From Octopus sinensis (taxonomy: Eukaryota): 64,000 nt of DNA. Positions within the stretch are counted from its first letter, which is position 1, and each line of letters starts with the position of its first letter. Where the stretch lies: the NCBI RefSeq assembly GCF_006345805.1, contig NC_043021.1, positions 22,940,001 through 23,004,000 on the forward strand, in the 5' to 3' direction. Of this stretch, positions 55,036 through 64,000 are shown one piece after another. Position numbers and translations under genes: made by a program. Under the pieces are notes generated by a model, which had not been told where the DNA came from, searched no databases, and was given only the letters and a program-made list of their open reading frames with translations.

Positions 55036-55291
55036 ATGTTGTGTGTGTGTATGTATGTATGTATGCATATTATGTGTATATATGTATATATATATATGTA
55101 TGTATGTATATTTATATATGCATATAAGTATATAGAATATATATATACATATATATATACACCCACACGTTGTTCCAAAACTGACGCCCCAAAGCATTTG
55201 ACATATTCATTAATTTATGTTAAAAAATTTATTATTTCGCTTTAGGATTTGGTTTGCAAGATTCTTTATGCGATTACGTGTGTTGAAGCAT

Positions 55292-55507
55292 ATTCTGTTG
55301 TGTCTGGGGTGAGTCATTCACATATAATGCCCTGTAATTTAACACACTGACCGGTAAAATTTCCACTTATTTCTTTTCTATTTTTCTTGCAAGACGCAAA
55401 GAATATTTTAGAAACATATAAAAGAAATAAGTGGAAATTTTACCGGTGAGTGTGTTAAATTATAAGGCACTAAAAAAGAGAAAGACTCTTTCTAGACACA
55501 ACAGAAT
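55292..55507. repeat. ~215-bp foldback inverted repeat (MITE-like or hairpin element)
   Basis: taatttaacacactgaccggtaaaatttccacttatttctttt pairs with aaaagaaataagtggaaattttaccggtgagtgtgttaaatta; outer ends attctgttgtgtct / agacacaacagaat. Confidence 0.85.
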
Positions 55508-55535
55508 CTGACATTATTATTTTCCATTTCCTCAA

Positions 55536-55750
55536 GGCAGAGAGCTGGTAGAATCGTTAGCATGCCCAGCATTTAGTCTGCCGCTACGTTCTGAGTTCAA
55601 ATTTCGCCGAGGTGACTTTGATTTTCATCCTTTCGGGGTCGATTAAATAAGTACCATTTACGCACTGGGGTCGATATAATCGACTTAATCCGTTTGTCTG
55701 TCCTTGTTTGTCTTCTCTGTGTTTAGTCCCTTCTGGGTAGTAAAGAAATA
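55536..55750 (+). mobile_element. Meta-domain-like SINE
   Basis: Core ttttcatcctttcggggtcgattaaataagtacc and tail as 33217. Confidence 0.9.
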
Positions 55751-55924
55751 GAAATATACGCGCTTATATTTGAATTTTAGTTATTGTTAGACAAAGAGTC
55801 TGTTTCCTGCTTCTGCAATAAGAAATTTTGTGAAAATGAGTAAGTCATGTTTTTGCAGCCTATCTCATCAGTTTCCTTAGTCTAGATGTACAAGCGCTTT
55901 AAAAAACCTTTACGTACGAAAATG

Positions 55925-56319
55925 AAACTATTGCAGAAGTTGTGTGTCTGTCTCCTACGATTTAGATTCCTAACACTCCCACATTTTGCGGTGCAGTTTA
56001 ACCAAAAGCGGGTATCTTATGGTCGTTATTCATATCGAACCCTTCTGGGTATTAGCGCGCGTCTACGATGAGTCTACGATTAAAAAAAAAAATTACCATC
56101 ATTTATTTTTCCATTTTAATGCATTTTCTCGCTATTATATAAGGGAAGTAACTCTCTAAAAATGTCTTCGATGAGTCAACGATTTTTAGAAAAATTTACC
56201 ATCATTTTTTTTTCCATTTTTAATGCATTTTTTTGCTTTTTTTTTTGCTATAACTCTCCAAAAATGCTTATATAGTTATTTCCCTTACAAACCCGAGCAA
56301 CGCCGGGCGATACTGCTAA
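55925..56319 (+). mobile_element. Non-autonomous Helitron with internal ~110-bp tandem repeat
   Basis: 3' hairpin cccgagcaacgccggg followed by ctgCTAA-t; gtct.cgatgagtc.acgatt...ccattttaatgcatttt occurs twice; 5' boundary uncertain. Confidence 0.75.
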
Positions 56320-56770
56320 TATGATATAAAATGCGCTGTTATGAAATATCAGTAAATAAAAAGAGGAACGGAATCAAGAAACATGAGTGCTGTTTGCGGA
56401 TTATACATCGTATTCTATTAAAGATATCGCTGTCGTTCTTTGGCAAGTCCGTACTCCTGAAGATAAAACAAACTTTGGATGAGGTTTTAATTTCCATGTA
56501 TTCGGCGGAGCAGATGTTTTCTGAGTTATATCTATCTCATTTCCAAAAAAGTATGCAGATCATGTGACAGATTTATTTTGAATCAGCGTTGCAGAACAAA
56601 GAGGAATTTGAACAGGTTGAACAAACGGAAAAAAAAATACGACAGTAAAATAAATTGATAGGGTGTTTTCAAAATTGAAAAATTTTGAGAAAATTAAGAA
56701 TTAGTATCGTTTCTAACATCAAAAGAAGGTAAGATCCACTCTGTTGGGATAATAATAATAATAATAATAA

Positions 56771-56823
<53 letters not shown>

Positions 56824-56831
56824 TAATAATA

Positions 56832-57275
56832 ATTCTGCTCAATATCATAGATTTGCTTGTCAGTTGTTTGACCTTAACCAGTTGAGCATGTCCCTCAGTG
56901 GCTGACGATATGTGCATCTCTGATCATGAGCAGAAGTAGTGGGGGAGCATCATAGCCATGTGTTGAGAGGGATTCTTTGGGGTTTGAATGATCCACCTCT
57001 GGAAACATGGGTGGTTCTTTCAACATCCTTAAACAACCCTTATTCAGGGACCTTTTGAGCGGGATGGGCTACTCAACCTGAAGAAAATTCTAACTGGGCC
57101 CCACCTGCAAGGTCATGTGCTGTTTATCTTGATATGAGATCACCATGTCGCGCACATATGGTTGTGATGCATGTGCCTGGTGTACCCTTATCAGACGGGT
57201 AGTCATGATGGGTATATTGGGCTTCGTATATTTTACCCCAATGTCACTTTGATGGCATGCTCTGCTCGCTCACTC
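56832..57275 (+). mobile_element. ~440-bp non-coding element in (TAA)n, copy C
   Basis: High identity to 42844-43283; (TAA)n on both sides. Confidence 0.9.
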
Positions 57276-57288
57276 AATAATAATATTT

Positions 57289-57345
<57 letters not shown>

Positions 57346-57469
57346 TTTTCTGGGGTGAGATATATGGTGTAAGCAAGAACAACATAATACTACAGCTAAA
57401 TGCCCCAGGAGCCTGAAGAAAATAGCTTCTCGCCCCCAGCCAGAGGCTATCCACTTCACATAAGACAGT

Positions 57470-57870
57470 ATCAGAAATATGAGTAAAAAGATAAGCAACT
57501 GAAAAGCAGCAGGACTTTATGATGTACAGGGATTTGGGGTGGAAAACAGTTCAGTAGTTTCCATAAATTGATCGCAGAGCAATTTAACGCATTGATTAAT
57601 GGAGAAGAAGAAATTCCGGGCTGGTTGACAAAAGGACGAACGGTGTTGTGCCTGAAGGATGCATCAAAGGATGCCGACAATTACAAACCAATTTCCTGCC
57701 TTCCGTTTAATGTGGAAGTTACTGTCAGGAGGAATTGAAGAACTGTATAAATTTCTTGATGAAAACGAAACATTACCGTCAGAACAAAATGGTTTTAGAA
57801 GGAGATGCAGAGGTACCAAAGATCAACTATTTAAACACAAAATGGTTATGCAAGATTGTAAATGAACGAG
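57470..57870 (+). pseudogene. R4/Dong RT N-terminal remnant
   Basis: DVQGF.WKQFSSFHKLIAEQFN...[16 protein letters not shown]...[16 protein letters not shown]...[19 protein letters not shown]. Confidence 0.85.
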
Positions 57871-57879
57871 AACAAATCG

Positions 57880-58250
57880 GGAAAAAGCATGGGTTCACGA
57901 TCTCAATACTTTTTTCAGCGACGTTCGTAGTTGAGTGCTGATACTTCCAAGTACACCAATTACTATTGGTATCACGTCTACTCTCTTCATTGGCCACAAC
58001 CTTCGTATTTGCCACTTTAAATTGTGATAGTTGTTTATTTTTTCTTCTTCTTCTTCACGTTCATCCCTGTTGTCACAAGGGTATGCTACGTCAATTGTCA
58101 TGCATGTTTTTTTGTTTTTTATTCAACACAACGATGTCTGGTTTCCGATGTCTGGTCTACAAAAACCTTAAAAAAATCAGCATCGTCTGGAACTGCAAGA
58201 AATCTTCGCAAGATTCTTCAAGCATGACCAGTAAACAAGTGTCGCATTAG
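57880..58250 (-). pseudogene. R4/Dong restriction-like endonuclease remnant
   Basis: KPDIVVLNKKQKTCMTIDVAYPCD...EKINNYHNLKWQIRRLWPMKRVDVIPIVIGVLG. Confidence 0.85.
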
Positions 58251-58414
58251 TCTGCTGCCTGTAGACACCTGACAATTTCCATATAGGCTTAGGAGTGGCT
58301 GTTTAGTTTTGAAGTTGATAAATATACTTATTAATTGACTTCTCTCCATTTTCTTATTTTTCTTACATATATATAGCTGAAACTGGAAAAATCAAATCAA
58401 ATCATATACATGTG

Positions 58415-58462
58415 TGTGTAGATTTGGTAGACGGAAACTGAAAGAAGACCGTCGTATATATG

Positions 58463-58517
<55 letters not shown>

Positions 58518-58779
58518 GTGTGGTGTGTGTGTGTGTGTGGGTGTATGCATGTATGTGTTGTATATGTTTGTGTGTCTGTGTTTGTCCCTCCAACATCGCT
58601 TGACAAACCGATCCTGGTGTGTTTACGTCCCCGTGACTTAGCGGTTCGTCAAAATAAACCGATAGAATAAGTACTAGATTTACAAGGAATAAGTCCTGGG
58701 GTCGATTTGCTCGGCTAAAGGCGGTGCTCCAGCATGGCCACGGTCATATGACTGAAACAAGTAAAAGAGTAAAAGAGTA
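58415..58779 (+). mobile_element. 5'-truncated CORE-type SINE with internal microsatellite and (AAAGAGTA)n tail
   Basis: gatttggtagacggaaactgaaagaag...ggcggtgctccagcatggcc...aaagagtaaaagagta. Confidence 0.92.
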
Positions 58780-59607
58780 TACCCAGCAAACAAGAATATA
58801 TAAACACCGTTTAAATAATTTTGCTTCTGTATTTTTCAAAGATATCCGTTCCCAATTTCTTTTTTCTATTTTTCTGTTTTATGTGTTCTACAGTGAAGTA
58901 TAGTGTTTCTTTTCTAATAAAATAGTGAATAGTAACGCATTCTTGTTACACTTAATATTATATTACTTTCAAAGTGAGGAATGAGGAGCGGGGAGCGGAT
59001 ATATTTACAAAACGTTTACGCAAGGATTTCGAAAGGTTCTTGAACCAGTTACCGCATTCCGTATCCATATAGCAATATACTAATGACGTTTTAATAGGAG
59101 AAATTGATATTGTTAATTGGAGTTCTTTTTAGTTTTTGCTAAATGTGCATATGAGCATGTGACTGTGTACAAGAACCCAGACAGATGTATTCATGCATTT
59201 ATTTATGTCTCTGTGTATGCATCCATACATACAAGCTTATGCACATATACATATACATGTGTGTGTGTGTGTGTGTATGCACGTTTGTGTGTGTGTGTGT
59301 GTGTGTATACATGTTTGTGTGTGTATGTATGCATCTATTTAGAATTGGTGCAGTCACCTTTTTCGGGGAGTCAGCCGAGTGAGACATATTTCATTAGCAC
59401 TTGTGCCACACAAACAGAACAGTCAAGATAATGTTTCGTTGAAGAGTCCATTCAGAAAGTCCTACGGGCGGCTGATTGCCCATGGCTGATCTAGAAGAAA
59501 ATTAGTATTGTTGTCTTTATAGAGAATATGTCTGAATATCTCACCTTCCCTAATCACCATATATTACATTTAATGACCACAACATATTCCTCTAATAACA
59601 TTAAATG

Positions 59608-59812
59608 TTTGGAGATGCGTGACTTAGAGGTGGACCCATAGGAGTAAGATCATATTTTCGATTCCTGGACCAGGCAATGTGTCGTGCTCTTAAACAAAAC
59701 TCTTTATATAATTTGCTCTAATCCACTCAGCAGGCATAAATGTATAATCCTTCCACTGACTAGTGTCCCGTCCAGGAGGAAATATATGCAACACGGAAAC
59801 CGGGAGGGACCT
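59608..59812 (+). mobile_element. Old tRNA SINE with V-domain-like 3' part
   Basis: B box ttcgattcc; gactagtgtcccgtccagg...cacggaaaccggg. Confidence 0.6.
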
Positions 59813-60741
59813 GTTTTGCAGAAGCTGTCCTACCTAAACAAAGATTGTTGTTTTGACAGGAAAGATTCTAAGAGAGATTGATATCTCATAAACTGTGTAA
59901 TGAGAAGGTCGTGTCTGAAATACAAAAAAAAAAATAGTTTATCCATTCGCATGCACTAGCTAAAAATTTCGGATCTAGAATTAAGTGTTCTGGTGGAATT
60001 CTTGGATGGAACAAGTGAAATATTTCGACGATATATAAAGCGCATTATTCTGAACCATTTTTGTATGGCATGAATTTTTACCATGATGTTCCACTTCGTT
60101 GAATGTGGCGTGCAGTTGATCTTCAGATCGATCTCATACATGGATAACTAACTTTGTGTCTTTACTCTTGTTCATATGACGTAAAGAAAACTGGTGGCTT
60201 GTGTATCTTTGCTTAAAATTAACTTCGCATAAACGGACGGAATTTTCCTCCTAGGTTTTAATACTTGGGAGCATAATTGTGACATCAGAATCATAAATAA
60301 TTGATTTTATCGAGTATGCATGATCGATTGTCTGACATTTAGTGACTCGGGGATAAGCATGTTCTTTAAAGATTTTGTCCACCTTCCCAATCAATTATTC
60401 TACACTGGCAAGAATAATTATGATTTCGACAGCAAAAAGACAGGCAACACTTCTTTTTATCTTTCTTATTCCTTCTTATTTAAACTTCTGTTTCTCATTC
60501 AGACTACTGCCATTCCGCCTATTGCATTTACATTCCTCTTATTTTCTCTCGTGTTTTTTCATAGACCAGACTATTTTCTTTTTTTTTTTTCTTTCAACGT
60601 TGGAGTTCTCGGGTCTAACCAAGATTTTAGAGTACACATATGATTAAGCGAACCTTAATATCTGTTTCGTCACTGGTAGTTCAAACCTGAAAATCGAAAT
60701 GGCTTAGAGCTGAAAACATGAGATAAACAGCCAGTCCCAAT

Positions 60742-60784
<43 letters not shown>

Positions 60785-61058
60785 ACACTTACATATTCGG
60801 TAAACAACTATGCACACGCACTCATGGATGCACATGGCCACAGACGCACAGCGCACGAGCATTCGCACGTGTGCAGAGAGAATGATAACCATGAAATATT
60901 TGCTACCATGTCAGAAGATAGAGACGAACATGTTAACATATATGTCTGTATGTCTGTGTGCATGTGCACGAGAGATTGGTATTTGTGCGTGTGTATGTGT
61001 ATGTTTGTGCAGGCGTGTGTGTTATGTAAGTATGCATGCATAGAAGATGTTTGAGTGC

Positions 61059-61108
<50 letters not shown>

Positions 61109-61352
61109 TTACATTTACAATTATATATATATATATTATATATATATTATATATATATATGTGCATTTGTTTACTTATGTATATATATGTGCATGTATCT
61201 ATATGTGTGTGTGTGTGTGTGTTCTTCTATGTAAATATATAGAGACGTATATTGACATCTACAATTAAGCTCTAAACACACGCACATCATACGTACCTAT
61301 CCGGAGAGAGAATATACAATAAACAGTTTGGTGCATGAGTGTGTGTATATAT

Positions 61353-61395
<43 letters not shown>

Positions 61396-62444
61396 TATTT
61401 CTGTATAGATATAAATATCTACAATATATATATATATATATATATATATTACGTTTAGTTTTGATGCAAGATTCTTGATATATCAATATATATATATATA
61501 ATGTGTTGTGTGTGTGTGTGTGGTGTGTGTATATAGACATGCATGCACACGTACACACGCACAAACACACGTGGGCGCGCAAACATGCACACGCCTTACA
61601 CACATACAGGACACTCACACCGATATAATATATATATATATATATTATATATATTATATATATATGGCAAATACATGTATGTATACATGAATGCATATAT
61701 ATATATGCACGTGTACGAACGTTTCGAACGTGTATGCGACTGTTAGTTAATCTTTGTTTACAGCGAACCCGCATCTGGTGCAGATCTGTATGTGCACTCA
61801 AGCATGCACGGTATGGCATGCACATTAATCGTGGCAGGCAAAGCTAACTGGAGCGGAACTTATATAAATTACGAAATAAATAAATAAATATATAAATAAA
61901 ATATATCAGCGGTGCTTTGAATTAGAACTCGTCTGGTGATTTTAGAACAGGCGTTGCGCGAATGGGGAGGTTTCTGGAATGTTAGCATGTGCAAAAATCT
62001 GTAATCATATATTATTCGTTGTATATATTTTGCACTCTACACCATAAATAATGTATATGTATTTACATATATGTTTGTGTATGTACCTATGAGATTATGT
62101 ATGTATGTATACGAGTATGTATACACATGTACATACCGATGTGGACTCGACATGTAAAAACATACACAAACCCACACAGAGACACACGCATACAAATACA
62201 TACGTATTTGTGTATGCGTTAATATGTATATACATGCATTCATATATATATATACATATATGTGTGTGTGTATAAGTATATATAAGTATACGCATATCAT
62301 ACATACATATATACATATATATGTATAATATTTATATATATGTGTGTGTATGTTGATATGTATATACACACTCAAACACATAGACACACACACAAAGACA
62401 CACACACGCACATATATGTTTATAGATATAGATATTCGAAGGAT

Positions 62445-62655
62445 GGCAACACACTTCATTATTGAGATCTATATCCGCTCCCGAACTGGGCTACACGGTT
62501 CCAAATATCCCACACATCACATCTGAAGTGAGGGCCATATACTGCCAGAGGCTGGAATTCAGGAGCTCACAACTATTTTACGCCTTGCCAAAACATCTTG
62601 AGGGCTCTTCATGGAGTAAGGGTAGATTTATTTTAGGAACAAATTCACCCCTTGC
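62445..62655 (+). mobile_element. CR1/L2-group LINE ORF2 C-terminal remnant
   Basis: RTGLH...VPNIP...YCQRLEFRSSQLFYALPKHL fits the F..RGP.LFN.LP..L C-terminal pattern. Confidence 0.6.
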
Positions 62656-63280
62656 ACGTGCTTTTATTTGAGTTTATAGCTCATTAGGTGTATAAGGGAC
62701 TAGGACAGTGTACTCAACTGTAACTGTTTGTCTGGGCGTTGGTTTACCTGGTAACGTATATAGGCGTATGTTTGGTAACTGTGATTAAAAACATCCATAT
62801 TCAAAATCGCATGTGATATTTCAATTGCCAAATTCTCAGCAGAATACGTCGCTCTGCACCTTTAAATACCAGTGGAATACAAGATCAGTTACTTTACGAA
62901 CCAGCTCACTGCCAGCGTCTGCTAGGGCAACGATGCGTAAATATCTACTTCAACTATAACCCTGTTTCACGAATATTTTTCACGCGTAGTAATATATGCA
63001 CAGTATTGACCACTAATATAAGGGACACAGACACGAAAAGCTATATGAAGCGAAGCCGAAGCATCCACACAACGTCATTTGTTCTACGAAAACCTCGTTG
63101 GCAAATAAATGCAAGGATGGTCGTGCGTTTAAAATGTTTGCTTGCAAGCAACGGTCATTTGTGTTCAGATCCACTTGAGCAAGTATCTGACTGTTTTTTC
63201 TTCTGGGCCGACCACATGAATTTTACTGAATTTTGCAAACAGAAACTGAAAGAATAACATATATATACATACATACATAC

Positions 63281-63337
<57 letters not shown>

Positions 63338-63365
63338 ATTAATATATATATATATATATACATAC

Positions 63366-63400
<35 letters not shown>

Positions 63401-63581
63401 CATACATATATTATATATTATATATATATATACATACATACATATATATATATGTTATATACATATATATATGTGTGGGTGTGTGCATATAGGAGTATAG
63501 AACCTCACATAACCGTAAACATCATGGACCCATTAGTTTGCGCATTTCATGTTGTTTATGGTTTGTGTACCCATATATACA

Positions 63582-63613
<32 letters not shown>

Positions 63614-63619
63614 AAACTA

Positions 63620-63791
<172 letters not shown>

Positions 63792-64000
63792 GCAATATAT
63801 CTATCTTTCTCTTTATCTATCTATCTCTGTTTATATATCTGCCTAATGATCTATCAATTCATCTAGTAATTTATTTATCAGTTTATTCTAGAAATATATA
63901 TTCACCCCCCCACACACACATACACACACACACACACACACACGCACACACACACATACACTCTCATGTCTGTGTATAAATCTCTGTGTGTGTGTACGTA

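Noticed and set aside
57470-58250. Twin-priming explanation for the inverted Dong fragments
   Set aside because: The orientation is convergent, whereas twin priming gives divergent segments under one TSD.

Overview
AT-rich, microsatellite-dense eukaryotic non-coding DNA in which I can support no host protein-coding exon. The repeat content points to a coleoid cephalopod, probably Octopus; this rests on my recognition of the repeat families, not on a search. The window holds several tRNA-derived SINE families, decayed LINE pieces (R4/Dong RT and RLE, L1/Tx1, CR1-like), a Helitron helicase remnant, a non-autonomous Helitron, a pogo/Tigger-type MITE and (TA)n, (TAA)n, (GATA)n and (GT)n arrays. 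Nearly all ORFs in the supplied track are microsatellite artefacts. The most interesting signal is RNA-structural. (1) A composite element at 17.3-18.0 kb joins a tRNA-like Pol III head, a (TAA)n spacer and a Penelope-type minimal hammerhead ribozyme (HHR) motif; it forms an inverted pair enclosed by one perfect 13-bp target-site duplication (TSD). (2) A near-intact type I hammerhead lies at ~8.0 kb, with several decayed ones next to (TA)n tracts. (3) A ~440-bp non-coding element sits repeatedly in (TAA)n arrays beside R4/Dong remnants. All alignments and folds were made by eye, so family names and novelty need database confirmation.
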